A stretch of 64,000 bases of DNA from Chrysomallon squamiferum (taxonomy: Eukaryota; Animalia; Mollusca), in NCBI GenBank assembly GCA_012295275.1, contig CM022671.1, forward strand, positions 27,218,001 to 27,282,000, read 5' to 3'. The translations under genes were made by a program, and so were the position numbers. This document shows positions 13,400 through 27,407 of this stretch, in pieces (position 1 is the stretch's first letter; the number at the start of each line of letters is the position of its first letter). The notes below the pieces were generated by a model. That model saw only the letters and a list, made by a program, of their open reading frames with translations, was not told the DNA's origin and did not search any database.

Positions 13400-13790
13400 A
13401 CAGTATTGAACAGATGCAGAACAGTTGTAATGAACAGCTACAGAGCAGTACTGAACCAGCTACTGAAGAGTGTGACAGTAATTAACCAGTTATTGAACAA
13501 TGCAACAATAATGAACCAGGTATTGAACAACACAACAGTAATGAACCAGATATTGAACTGTGCGATACAGCAATAATGAACAGTGATATCGAACAGTGCT
13601 TCAGTAATGAACCAGATATAGAACAGTGCAACACTGCAATAATGAACCAGCTATTGAACAGTGCTTCAATAATGAACCAGCTGTTGAACAGTGCTTCAAT
13701 AATGAACCAGCTGTTGAACAGTGCTTCAATAATGAACCAGCTATTGAACAGTGCAGTACAGTGATAATGAACCAGATACAGTGATAATAC
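13400..13790. repeat. Minisatellite, ~30-bp unit, ~11-12 copies
   Basis: Consensus AATAATGAACCAGCTRTTGAACAGTGCTTC. Copies at ~13638-13755 are near-identical and the upstream copies are diverged. It explains the repetitive ORFs 13379-13764. Confidence 0.92.
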
Positions 13791-14419
13791 AGTTGTATAT
13801 ACATTTCTTCATTTGCTGTATCATAACTGCCACACCAAACACATGTTGTAAATATTCAAAAAGAAACAAATAAATGAAGTAATACCGTAAAATGTAGGTT
13901 GCTTGTGTCTTTTTTCCCTTTGACACAGAATACAAACTATGTAGTATACTCTGATCAGTGAGTCAGTGAGTCTGTCAGTCTGTCAATCAATAAATTAAAC
14001 ACACAACTAATCAACCAACCAGTTAAACAAAATGGGTAAAATAAAAATGTACTACTTTAATTTTTTTCTGTTACGTAGAAAAAACTGATGTTTTCATACT
14101 CGATAAATAAAGAAAAAAGAAAGAAAGAAAAAAAAGAAAGAAAGAAAAAAAAGAAAGAAAGAAAGAAAGAAAAAATAGTAATATATATATATAAAAAATA
14201 AATTCACATGTAATTATAAAATAATAAACTACCCAAATCAACAACAATCAAACAATTATAATCAGGTAATGCATGTGAAATACAAGTCAGAAAAACAACC
14301 ACCATTTATTCCTCCGGTCACTGCTATAAATAACAATTACTGCTTGGGTCTGCCATTAAAATGATTTATTTGTAAAGTAATATTAGTTGTTGGGTTTTTT
14401 TCTTTATTTTTTTTTTTTT

Positions 14420-14454
<35 letters not shown>

Positions 14455-15510
14455 AAATTTAAGACATTTGAATGTAGCTTTGTAAACGTTTTGTAGAAAA
14501 AAGAAATGTGGTGTGAGATCTCTGTGAAAGTGTCACAAGATGGAGAAAAGAAACAGCTGAAGTAGTCGGCATAATGGCGGCCTCTTGAAAACTTCACACA
14601 TCACAGTGAATCAAAAAATCATTTATAACAGACGCATTTCCTCTCTGTTAGGAAATTTGCAAAAAAAGATTATTTTATTATTTCTTTTTTTCCTTTCTCT
14701 CAGTTAATTTGAAAGGTTTGTAAAGCCGTAGTGTTTAAGGATAATTTGTGAGGATAATTTCAAGATGAAAGCAGAAATTCATAGACACATCTGGAAAATG
14801 ATCTGTAATATGCTGTATCCAAAATTTTACACCTGGTACAGATAGTTTAACTGATAATAAATAATTAATGTTCAGTTATCTTAATTAATGTATCACCTGG
14901 TATTAATTTATGATAGGAAAAATTAAATATTACTTCTATTGTTGTTATATTATTTTATATTCTATTAATAAAGGAATCAGTGAACACATGTAATTTAATT
15001 CAGGATTAATATTATAATTTATAATTAATTTTATTTTAATTAATTTTAAATAACAATACAATGCAAAGTTCAGACTGCACAAAACACACTCTGCAAAATC
15101 TGATGTATTATTTCTGATGTAAATAGCAGCTCTGATGAATGTTTAGAAATAGGATGTGGCTTTCTATGAGTTCTTTGTAATTGTGAGTGATAAAAGAAAA
15201 AGTCAATCTTGTCTCATGAGCAAAAAAATCATTCAGTCATTTATCAGTTCAAAAACAGACTTGCATATTCTTATTGAATCATTAATTAAATAACCCATTT
15301 TCCAATATATATATATATAAACTATATCAGCCTATCAGTCACACACAAAGCCAAAGTCATACTCTAATCATACACACACTTTAATACACACTCACACACT
15401 GTGTACCAATTCACTCAGACACACCTACTCAATCATACACATAAACCCCTAAAACACTTTCCCCATCACTCATACATCTTTAAATCCCAGCAGCAATGGC
15501 ATGACGTACA

Positions 15511-15590
15511 CATCGACCAATCCGAAGAATCGTATCATAAAGATATCGACCAATCAGCAGAATCGTATCATAAAGACATGGACCATGAAG
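15511..15590. repeat. 33-bp tandem repeat, 2+ copies
   Basis: atcgaccaatc(cga/agc)agaatcgtatcataaaga occurs twice, followed by a partial third copy. Confidence 0.85.
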
Positions 15591-16188
15591 AAGAACTACG
15601 GCAGCAATGTGTGCAATGTGGAACTTTGTGATAAATATTGATAAACAGCACCTGGACTCAGTCCCAGGGCTAGAGCCAACCACTAGAACAATATTTGATC
15701 ATTCCCTTGTCTTCAGTAAACGAAACCAGCCATACAAATGTCCAGCGCAAATTTCAAATTATTTTTATCTCACATTTTCATCTTACTTGGCGATATAGTT
15801 ATGTTTAGTTTTATAGAAATTGGTATTCAAGAAACCTTGATTAAAAAAGTGATATTTTATTTAAGAATTAATAATCTTTCAAATGCTGTTAAATAGTAAC
15901 TAACTTTTTTTTTTCATCAGCTTAACCATAGACATTGAATGTGTCAGAATTTTAAAAAATAATAAAATATAATATTATATTTTTTAGTTTTTATAATAAA
16001 ATTAATTACAATAAGAATAAATGAAAATAATAATAATGTTAAATTAATAGGTATTATTAAAATTCTTCTTTAATAATAAAATTATTATTATAAAACTTAC
16101 ACACACACACAACACTCCAAGGATTATTGTAAAGCTTTCTTTTCTTTTTTTTTTTTTTTGAACAGTAATAAAAATGACCAACACTTAC

Positions 16189-16236
16189 CTTCTTACTTTT
16201 ATCTTTGGGACGAAAGCGATAAGACCATTTCATCAT
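16189..16236 (-). CDS. Candidate alternative first coding mini-exon (MMKWSYRFRPKDKSKK)
   Basis: agaATGATG start, 16 open codons, then AAG|GTAAGT (perfect donor, GT at 16187-16188) in phase 0, on the same strand as the TTC28-like exon. There is no homology evidence. Confidence 0.35.
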
Positions 16237-19200
16237 TCTACCCAGTTGGTATTGGAGTCACTGTCAGCATACCTGGTATCCAAACAGCTAAGTGTGATTG
16301 TCATAGTGCTAACAGTATTCCTTGCTTAATTTTCACATCACCAACTACACACACACGGGCTGTCTAGTTAATTCTGTAGCCCAGTTTGAAACTCAGGGAA
16401 TCACAAATTTCACACGCTTATTCAAAATTCAGAGAAAAAATTATAATAATTTGTTTTATATATATATATATATATTTTTAAAATACTTCCTTAGTAAAAA
16501 ATATTAATATTCATCTTGTGTTAATAATTCATTTTTAACCAAACTTCCATCTTTTTTTTTGTTTTTACATCAGTTTCTCAAAAACAAGCCGATATCTTTC
16601 AGTCATGTACATATCTCTGAATTTCAGTTCATCGTGTTTAATATGTCTACCTGTCTTATAAATAAATTTCACATATGTTAGTTCCCTTCAAGATGATATA
16701 AAGTGTAATTGCTCACTTATGCCTCTACTGTAATCCACTGGTAATCCTATTTACATTTTATGCTAAAATTGTTGACATTGAGCTTACATAACGAGCTTTA
16801 GTATTGGTTATATCATCCATCAACCTTATGCTGTTTTCCATACCTCTGTCTGAATAGTTTTTCTTTTCTAACAGGTGTGAATCTCTGATGTACTGCTAAC
16901 AATGGCTGGACCCTGTCACACCAGTTCACTTTGTGTGAATTTGAAAATATGCCAGAAGTAATGGTAATTCACACATACATCTTTGGTAGCCTGTCTTTTG
17001 AAGAATGTTCACAGTGAGATATCAGATTTGTTACAACACAGTGACCAAAACACATCAGTGTTGTACAGTCATTACATTACAAGTACAGCTAAAAAAACAC
17101 AACAACAATATATCAAGTTCCAAACACACTGATGACATCAAGCAGTCTAGTTCCACACTTTTCACCTCCAAAGTCATTAAATGTTATATGAACTAATAAA
17201 AAGAGATCTCGTTTGTATCTGAATTTTAAGTGTCAGGAAAGCATTAAATAACTGAGATATTGGTTATGCATTAAAAAAAAAAAAAAAAAATTAGAGAAGC
17301 AAATCCAAAAGTAAAAAAATCCTATATTCCTTTTCCAAGACTTCACTCCAAAGAAAACATTAGAAAGTCACTCCACACACTTGTTATGTCCTTTCAGTAA
17401 CAGAATTCCTCTTTAACTCATAAATAATAAAAAATAATAATAATAATTCTGGTTAAATGAACAATCACTGGGTTTTTTTTTGGTTTTATAAAAAATCCCA
17501 CACACTATGACCAATGTAACTTATTCCATCAATTAAAAACAAAACCGGTCACTACATCGCGCACATCTGACCTGAGTCACCTCACTTCTGCTGTCCACCA
17601 ACAACTGACATCGCTGAAACCCGCAGATTTCACTGAAGTGGCAACGTACAGGTGCAACAAATAGCCTTAGTCAAACACAGCACCACACACCTTCGTCCCC
17701 TGAACCACCAAGTGCGAAAACAAACACACACCTGCCTGTAAGGCAGACCGGGCCTGGACCATTCTGCTCGACAGGGGTGTCAGGTTAGGAGGCACTGATT
17801 TAGTGATATATAAGTATAAATATACGCATAAAGTGATCGATAATTGGCAGAAAACTGTATGAAAACTAATCTTTAAAAGAAAAGTATGGGACATGTGTAA
17901 GGAGTGGCAAAGGTAAACATGAAGGTTTTTGCTGGATGAATGAAAGTTTATTGATTGAGAAGTTTGATGTGTAATTAGTGTGTGTGTGTTTGTGTATGAT
18001 AAGGGAAAGGTGAATGGTGATTCTGTATTGTAAATAATGTTTTTTCTTTGTACACTGGACGTTTGTGATTGTTTTTTTTCTTTACAACACTAAATGTTAG
18101 TTTTTACTAGTATTTGTAATATAATTGTGTGATTCTGTTATGATTGAAAAAGAAAATTCCCTTTTGTACCTCATCAATATATATATATATATTTTATTAT
18201 TATTATTACTGTTGTTGTTGTTAATATTATTATTATCATTTTGATTAAAAACTTAATTAGTTTTTATCTATTTATTTATTTGGTTTGTATAAAATGAATA
18301 TATTGTTTCCACAAATTAGAAATTACTTTAAAAAGAGACAGATAAAATAGCAAAGAACAAAATTCAGCAATATCTACACAGAACATTTTTTTTTTAAAAT
18401 TTTGTTTTACTACATGTTTTTTTTTGCTTTCTCTCTCAGTAACAAATAAAATAAACATACACACCACTTTCAAATAAAAGAATAACCTCTGCAGATTATC
18501 TCACTCTCTGAACGAACTATTGTACATGACATTTCATTTGGGATAAATAAAAGAATAACCTTTGTGGATTTCTCTCAGTATGACACTGATAACAATAATG
18601 GGCTCTGGTTAGAATGATATATACATTTTTTTTAAATGTCTTCCATTAAAAGCAAGTTTCTTTCTTTTTTCTTTTCTTTTTTGTGTTTTTAGGGTGGGGT
18701 TTTTTGTGTGTGTGTTTTGTTTTTAATGTTTTTAAATGCCTTTATAAAAACTACTGAGATGAGAAAATTTACCAAAATACTGATTAACAGTAAAAGGGAA
18801 CCTGTTGGAATAGGAAAAAAAAAAAATTAAAAAAAATGCATTTCATTAACAGCAAGTTTTTGTTTTTCTTCTTTCATTTTAATTTCTTTTTAAATGTTTT
18901 TTTCTTTTTAATAAGCAATTTCCCATCAAGATGAACACACATACCATAAACAGTAATAGGATCCTATAGAAGTGGACAGTAAATCAAACAGTTAAACAAT
19001 GCTTAATGACAGTACAAAGAAAACTATTGATTGCAGGACAATACAAAAAGTAGAATAGTTTTTAAAATGTAGGTAAGTCCTTATTTACTGCTTATGCTAT
19101 GATCACTGACTGAAAAATTTCCAGTAAAGACCAACATTCTTTTTATTTAATCCAACAGAACAACAGAAGAAATATTATATATCACATCTCCAGCAATATC

Positions 19201-19449
19201 TGCACTGTCTTAACAGATATAATTTAGTAGTATGATTGTTTTCATTACATATGCTTTGAAGAAAGAATTTTTGTTTTATTACATAAAATATGTCTATATA
19301 TAATTATTAATCTTATCATCATCATCATCATCATCATCATTATCATCACTATTATTATTATTATGCAGATTTTAATGAATAAACTTCTAGATTTATAATC
19401 ATTGTTGGTTGTTTTTTTTTCATTTATTTATTTAAAATTTTCTTTATTG

Positions 19450-19775
19450 TATATGTTTTGAATAGTGGTCTCCTATTTCAATAAAATTGTTTATATTTAT
19501 ACGTTTTGAAAAAACAAACAAAACCCCAAAACAGCTACATCTACGATAGATGTTTGTTTTGATTTTTTTTTTTTTTTTTTTTAATTATTTATTCTTTGAA
19601 GAACAAACTATCTATAACCAATGTGTTTTGATTTTACTACATATATTTTGAAGAACAGTTTTGCGTATCTATATCGCCATGTTTTTAAAAAAACAACATT
19701 TTTACGTTACGTTTTTGAACAATAGACTCATATGTCCATATCATTGTGTTTTTGTTTGACTGTGTATGTTTTTGC
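19450..19775. repeat. Old degenerate tandem repeat (~55-60 bp)
   Basis: Recurring ttttgaa(g/c)aa...tatcta...tgt(g)tttt, about 5-6 times. Confidence 0.5.
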
Positions 19776-20104
19776 TATTGTTCATTTCTTGTAGGTCATA
19801 AAAAAAATTTGCTAGTCATTGCTCTGGAGTTGAATTTCTTAGCCATAAATGATCATGGGTCAGTCTTATCATCACTAGGAAGTCAGCCGTGCAGAAAGAT
19901 ATGCTGACAAATTGCTTCTTATAATGAGGGGGATTGATGTGGGGGGTTCAGGTGGGGGTTATAAATTACCTGATTGATCCTATCAATGTGAATGTCTGGT
20001 ACTGTTAGATGACAGCAGTTATATCATTAATAAGCTATTATTGCCCAACTGTTGTGTGCGAGTGTGTGTGTGTGTGTGTGCGTGCATGTGTGACTACAAA
20101 GAGA

Positions 20105-20202
20105 CATACATATACTTTGTACTTCTGTGATCAGTCTGATTACCCAGTAATCTCTTTTGTATCAGAAGCAATGCAATAAATGTATCAGCATACTCTATAC
20201 CA

Positions 20203-20274
<72 letters not shown>

Positions 20275-20393
20275 GACACACATACACACACATACACTTC
20301 TACTTTTGTGATCATTTAATTTGATTACTCAATTGTATCTTTAGTGTAACAAGCAAATTAATAAATAAATGTGTCTGTATGCACCCTCTCACA

Positions 20394-20490
<97 letters not shown>

Positions 20491-20499
20491 ACACACACA
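20105..20499 (+). repeat. Tandem duplication of a ~180-200 bp unit that ends in (CT)n(CA)n
   Basis: tactt..tactt.tgtgatca...tgattac.ca...aagcaa...aataaatgt...cacactctctc...acacac occurs twice (~20113 and ~20294). Confidence 0.8.
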
Positions 20500-22231
20500 G
20501 GTAATCCAAACTGAAGTTCTCCCACTAATTTAATTGTATTTGTTTTATCTACACACCAGTCATTTCACACCCCCAGCCCATCCCACTTCATATCAATAAT
20601 ACACAAATTATTAAATCAATTTAATCATACATACTTTATGGTAAAATAATTGTGGAATCAATCTAATTTAGGCTGCTTTTAGCAGAATGCATTAATATTA
20701 ATATTAAATAAATCCTGCATGAATAAAAAAAGAAAAGAAGAAGAAGAGATGATAATAACAAATATGTAAAACCACAAGTGAGGCAATCAAGTACACAAAC
20801 AAGAACTCTTGTTCTTACACACTACATTTATTTGTAACCTATTTTTAATATCCATTACATGCATATAGATATAATTATTTTAGTCTAAAATTAATTATTT
20901 AAATATTTAAGTAATAATCATGTAACAGAGGGGATCAAATGGGTAATTCTAGATTACAAAACAGAATTCTACAAACTGTAATAAGCATTCTGTATAAATC
21001 CAATCATGAAGTATTGTTGTTTATGTTGCTCTATTCTGTCACGGGTCAATTTTTAATCTGCTTCCATCAGCAAACTATTGTCTTTCACAGTCACAGCTCC
21101 ATGACTTATCCTGAACATAATCCTCTCTTTAATATTTATATATATATATACACATACATATATTTCAATACAATTAACTCTGAATAATTAATTAAACTAT
21201 TTTCTCTTTAAAAAAATAAAATAATTTGTTTTGTTTTTGTCTGTAGTTATTAAGGCTTGAGCCAAGGTACATTCAGGTAGGTGATGCTAGAGGGTTTATT
21301 GAAAGAGCAGGCAGCTCAGTGTATATTACACAGTAATGTACTGACTCTGGTCTGAAGCCAGAGTCTCTGTGCTGTCAAGTTAAAACCCAGTGATGTGATC
21401 AAAGTCTAAAACCAGCCAGGAAAATAGTGACAATTTCACAGGCTTGTGTCCAGTAAATGTTTAAAGCATGTTACTGTATTTGTTTGTTTGTTTCTAATTT
21501 CTGGCAGAAGTTTCAACAGTTTTAAAATATAATTTGGTGTATTTAATTTAAAAAAAATATATATCTCAGAGATTAGCTATGTAGTTCGAAATTATGAATT
21601 TTTATGTTGTTTTTTTTGCTATTACATTCCATGCATTTCTTATGCAGTGTGACATGTATTTGCGCATGAAACCAACTGTCTTGCAAAGCATATGTTTATT
21701 TTTTGAAAAATAAAATGATGATGATCATCATCATCATCATAATCATCACCACTATCATATACGAGATAATTCATCTGACAGATCATATAATGCCAGGTTT
21801 GATGTGGGCTAAAGAAATTTCAAGGAATCTGGTATGAACTACCCATCAGTCTAAACACACAAGTAATAATAGAAGATACTTCATAAAGACCTGAGGCAAA
21901 CACTAGTGGCATTGCCTAAGGGCTTATTACCAACAACAGTTAAGTCATCTTATTGAAAACTTTCTATTCAAGACAAAATGTTTAAGGAAAATGCCTGCTA
22001 TGCCAATGAATCTTGATGATGTCTGCAAACATCTGTCTTTACAAGTAATTTGTCCCCTCAGGCAATCAGCCCGTGCAACAAAAGACCTTTGAACCAAAAA
22101 TATTGAAATAAAAAATCTACTTATACTTAAAGGACTCATTTAGTCTGTGTTTTTACAAGCTGATACAGATGTCTGGAATCAATACACATAAGAAAGCCAT
22201 TTCTAATTGAGTCTTTGTTGACATTGACATT

Positions 22232-22320
22232 GTTGGTGGTGCAGTGGTCAAGTATTTGCTTTTTTTTTTTTTTTTTACTCTGGTATGTTGTGGGTTTGAC
22301 TCCTGGTACAGGCTCATGAG
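22232..22320 (+). mobile_element. tRNA-like SINE head fragment
   Basis: tggtggtgcagtggtcaag (A-box-like) ... gtgggtttgactcctgg (B-box-like), interrupted by a T run. Confidence 0.4.
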
Positions 22321-23204
22321 TTCAGACCATAAGACTACTACAGCAGTCACAGCTATAGTATGTTCGAAATTTTATGTTACCAGCCTTTGATAATAATAAA
22401 GTATTAAATATGACTATACTTCATTATTAGTATGAAAGAGTGCTCCCCTATGACTTTTAAAAAAATAACACACATATACAAATTCTTTTCAGTTTAGTAA
22501 TAAGGAGTTCTTTTACAACTAACTTCTATAGTCAGAAAAAAACTATATGCAAACTGTGTTTGGGGTACTGGCTAGAACAGGATATTTCTTGAAAGCAAAA
22601 TGTACTAAAGTGAACTAATTCTCTGCCTTAACCTACATCTATTTCCTTGTCAGAAAGTTTAAATAATTATTCATTTCTCAGTATTTAAAATTTTAAATTA
22701 ATTTTTTTTCAGCATTTATTTATTTTTAAAAATATTTCACATATCTCATCTTTTTTTTTTTTTTCGTTAAATCAGCTGCAGTAAATTGATTTTTTATTAT
22801 ACTTTCACAAAACTCTTCACTACAGATGTTTTTAATTTTTCCAGATCACCTGTTAATGCAATTTGACCCTGTTGATGAATGACTGAACATGACAGATTAG
22901 GAAGTGAAGGAAGTGACACAGAAAGAGACTGTGCAGCATGACATCTAAACAAATAAACAAACAGATGTTTAACAAACACTCAGCAGACAGTTATATTGAC
23001 CATTAAGGTGACACACAGAGGGTATATTGATATGAATAAGTTAATAAATATAAAAAAAATGTTTTGAAATGTGGATATTTATTTGCAATAATATATAGAA
23101 ACATAATAAATAAAAATAAATACCAGTTATATTTAGATAACTTTTCAAAAGTTGTTGATATATAAATATCATACAGTTAAATAAATAAATTAGAATTAGT
23201 GAAT

Positions 23205-23265
23205 ATAAAATAAAATAAAATAAAATAAAATAAAATAAAATAAAATAAAATAAAATAAAATAAAT
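23205..23265. repeat. (TAAAA)n pentanucleotide microsatellite
   Basis: About 11 TAAAA units. Confidence 0.93.
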
Positions 23266-25609
23266 AATTTTAAAATGTTAAAATAAAATTGAAAACATAT
23301 TTCACAACATATGGCATTATTTTTCTTCATTAAACTAAAGCATGGAATAAAAAAAAATTAAAAAAAAAAAAAAAAAAAAAATGAATGAAGAAAAAAAAAA
23401 ACTAAAATAAAATATAACAATCACCATTATTAATTTTGCTCTAAACCTGGACCAAGGCCGCCATTGTTGTCTCTAAGAGCAGAAACATGCTCACTTGACG
23501 AAACACATAATTTATGCATTGCAGCCTTTCTGATTATCAATATCAATTAAGCCTAGGGAGGTAGATGTGAATTACTTTCAGAATGGCTAATACACTAAAA
23601 TGTCGTGCCCACCAGCCATACATCACATCAAACAATGCACCCCCATTCTACAGAATGATTTAAACAGAAGAAAAAAAACCTTCACCAGATGTTGACTGAA
23701 TGGGAAAACAGTTCTCCAATAGTGCATGTGTTTGTCTTGTACTTTTAAAGAAGTACACAGGCCAAATTGTTAACACCACTTTGCATAGTGCCTGGTATTA
23801 GATAATACTTAATTGTGTACGAGTGTAATGAATAATTAATTAACAGAATGGTGGAAAACAAATATTGAAGAATGTATTTTAAAAATAGCATCAAGAAAAT
23901 GTTGATGTGTTTTCTTTGTAAGCACTCAGACCAGATTGTCAAACACTGTTATGTGTATTAGTGATGTTACACTGAATATATTAATCAGAATTTTGATATG
24001 TTTACCTTCTAAATTTTGTAGATGATTTTAAAGAATGCTGCATAAAGTTATTACATTCTGTTTAGTTAAAATAAAAATAAAAAATAAAAAAATGATGGGA
24101 AAATGTTCTTCAGTAATCAGTTTACTTGGGCCAAATGCTGATTCTGTTATGCTTATTCAGATGTGTAAAACTCCATGTTTCTGTTCAGTGTGAACAAGTA
24201 TACTGGTGTATTTAATTAACAAAATGGATAGATTTTATGAATAAAGTGTTTAGCCATTATTTTTATTATTTATTATTATTATTATTTTTTTTTTTTCAAA
24301 AGAATTTTAGGGTTGGTGTTTGTTAATTTGTCAGAATATATTTGTGTATTATGTATGATGCTTAATAAAAAGATAATTCCCATAGTTTTGTCCTAGTCTG
24401 TGGAATTAGTAAGTTCTTTCACTTATTTTCTAAATGCAGTAAATAGTCTGGTTCTCAAAAACACATACTGAGATTTCTTCTCTTTTTTCAAAAATACATA
24501 AACAGTAATTTAGTAAACTATTACAAAACCAGACTTGACTTCACTATTCCTTTAAGTTTCTCTCATTGTAAGTCTTCAATCAGCTGATACATACAGAAAG
24601 TCTGTGTGTGTAAAATCATTTTTCCTTTTGTATTAAACTCTTTGTTACTGACATGGTCAGTGTTTGAGCAAAAAAAACAGAAAAACAAAATTGGTATTTT
24701 TGTTATCACAACACCAGGGGATGAAAAAACAAATGTTTTTAAAAAGCTTTTTGTTTTCTCTTTCTATTAACTGTCTGCCAGTGTTTTGACAAACCCATTG
24801 GTAATTTTGTATTTCACTTTATCAGAAAATAACAAAGACATGGAATCACTAAAAAGTAAACTCCAGATTTGTAGTAATGATTTTTTTATTTGTATTTAAT
24901 TATAAATAAGTGAATTTTTTTAAAAAGTCTTTGGCTGTTAATTGACTTGTTTATTTATAAAACCAGATGTTTTACGATGGCAAAAAACACAAAAAACAAC
25001 ACCTTAGACAGTTAGTTGAATGAGTGATGGATTTTTGAAGTGAAGTTTAAAGTGAATAAAATGGCTGGATTGATGTCACAAAAGACTGGATTGTAGGATA
25101 ATGCTATGAATAAACATAAAGAATTAGCTGTTGAATGTAACAAAATATAAAACATTAAATTCTTCAAAGAGTATTTTTTGTTTATAATTTTTTTTATAAT
25201 TAACCTAATCCTTTTAATTTGTGAAACAGAATTAAGACAAACAAACAAGCAGTTCTTTATATCTTAATTAACTTAGTAATCTAATGTTAATCCTCTTAAT
25301 GATATAACACATGCTAACAGACTGAGACTGAGACAGAGTCAGAAAGACAGAAACACGCACACACACACACAAAGAGACTGACAGACCAGTATGCAGAATG
25401 CTTGAACACAAAACCCCATTCTTTCTCAACATGCAGAAACTTTCACATGAACAAATTTATCAGTCAACATTTTTAAAATATGCTTTTATATCCACTGTTT
25501 GAACTGAAACACAGCTGTCCTGGGATACAATCAAGGCTGCTAGAAAGATTGTCTGTGATTGGTTTTATCTTAGAGAGAAGACAAATATAAATAGTCTTAC
25601 ACCTCTCTG

Positions 25610-25695
25610 TCTAGTTCTAACTAGTTGCTCTTTCCAAGATACGATCCCAGTACCTATTACACGTTAGGTCAGCTGCTTAACCACAACAACACAGA
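25610..25695 (-). mobile_element. tRNA-like SINE head fragment
   Basis: Minus strand tgttgttgtggttaagcagctgacctaacgtgtaataggtactgggatcgtatctt has an A-box-like gtggttaag and a B-box-like gggatcgtatc. Confidence 0.4.
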
Positions 25696-27184
25696 TCTTT
25701 TTGTTTTGATGAGAAAAACATTGCTTAATATGACATAATACAGACATATGAATAATCAATTTTATTTACGAAAAAAACGTTAAAAGAAAAACAGCTAAAA
25801 TGGCTAAAACTGGACTGAAGAACGATGTTTTCATTAATGAAAAAAAACACACAAATTACTACAAGTTGTAGCGCGGAGCTGAGGGGGCCCACCCAGGGAG
25901 ACAGGTAAGTCGTGCTTTAAGCCTCTTTCCCTGTCTCATCCCACTGAAAACACGGATTGTGACAGTGTTGATGATAAATCGGGTGACAAATGGCTGCGGA
26001 ATCTCCTCTGATTAATAATCAACACATTTCTGTCTTTTCTAGTCAATGACCCAACAATGAAATTCCTCAATGGATCAAAAGAAAAGAGAAAAAGAAAAAA
26101 GAATAAAAAATAAGAAATCTCATAAAAAAATTGTGACATAAAAATAGTCACTGTTCTGTCATTTATATCGTGCTTGAAGACATTGTGTGGAAAGTTTGTG
26201 TTTTGTTTGGCTAGCTAATGTAATCTCTTTGATAAAGAATGGATTTGTATGAATAGTGTGAGATGTTTTTCTTTATTAATAAATATTACTGTCGGATTGG
26301 AGAAATGTTAATTTGTTCATTGATGAATGTGTTTATTGATTTGTGACTAATTTTAATGAACTTACCAATCATTGTGTTTCTGTGTGTTGAGTGTTTTTGT
26401 GTTTCATATGTGCATCTATATGCATGAATGTATTTGTGTGTATTTTACATGTGTTAGTGTGATAGAAAAGAGCATTTTTTTTCTTGTTTAATATATATAT
26501 ATATATATATGTAAAAATATATCAAAACATTAGTTTCAACACATGTAACATGTACCATCTGCATTCAAAAGTAATTTTATTAAATTAACCTTTTACTCAG
26601 AAAAATCACACTCATTGTCAATAATTAATCAAACATGAATCTCCATTAATTATGATGAACTGGTGAAAAAGTCAAATTTCATTTTTAAACTTTAAACTTT
26701 AAATGACTCTTTTTTTTTTTTTTTAAAAACAAAACCAAAAAAGGGAATGGTTCGTTCGTGACGATTAGCGGAAAGTTTAGTTCGGCAGGTTTTCTAATCC
26801 ATCAGAGGGTGAAAACCGTGTACACATTACACAGCCCCCAGGCTCTTGTGTCACTCCAAGTGTGCAACTTCCCACCATCCCGACAAAACGAATTCCTCTT
26901 AATTGATCAATTTATCAAGAGTTGTAAAACTCTGCAGGATCAGCTTGGAGGGAGGAGCATCAATCAAGCTGGGGGTATGATATACCTGTAGGTAATCATG
27001 ACAAACAATAGAAAATCAGTTATATCTTCGTGTCTCTGGCACTGATGAATGAAAAAGGCTGATGTTACAAAACATCAAAGGGGAGTGTTGTAGTGGAAGG
27101 TTGAAATATTTTATTAAATCTGTGGATTATACAACATGATAATTTTTTATCAAGGAATAGGTAGATAATTACTTTTATCACTTG

Positions 27185-27407
27185 ACAGGTTGTTCTTTTA
27201 TTACTTATTGCATTTAGCAGAAAGTTTTGTTTAATATGTACCTTCCCATAGACAGGGGGCACAAAAACCACACATTTTGTAATAAACCATATATTAAGGT
27301 GGCTGGTTGGAATGGGAGATAGCCCAATGGGAGCAGCAAGAAGGAATATCATGTGATACATCGTACCTCAGGCCAAAATATTCTCCTGTTGAGCTATAAC
27401 CTATCCC
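27185..27407 (-). mobile_element. Degenerate SINE copy, same family as 45735-46030
   Basis: tttagcagaaag...tttaatatgtaccttcccatagacagg...accac...tggttggaatgggagatagcccaatggg...gttgagctata. The minus-strand 5' end reads gggataggttatagctcaacagg, which is A-box-like. Confidence 0.6.

Noticed and set aside
22232-22320. tRNA gene
   Set aside because: Only degenerate A/B-box-like motifs with no cloverleaf, so it is treated as a SINE head relic. The same holds for 25610-25695 and 40008-40060.
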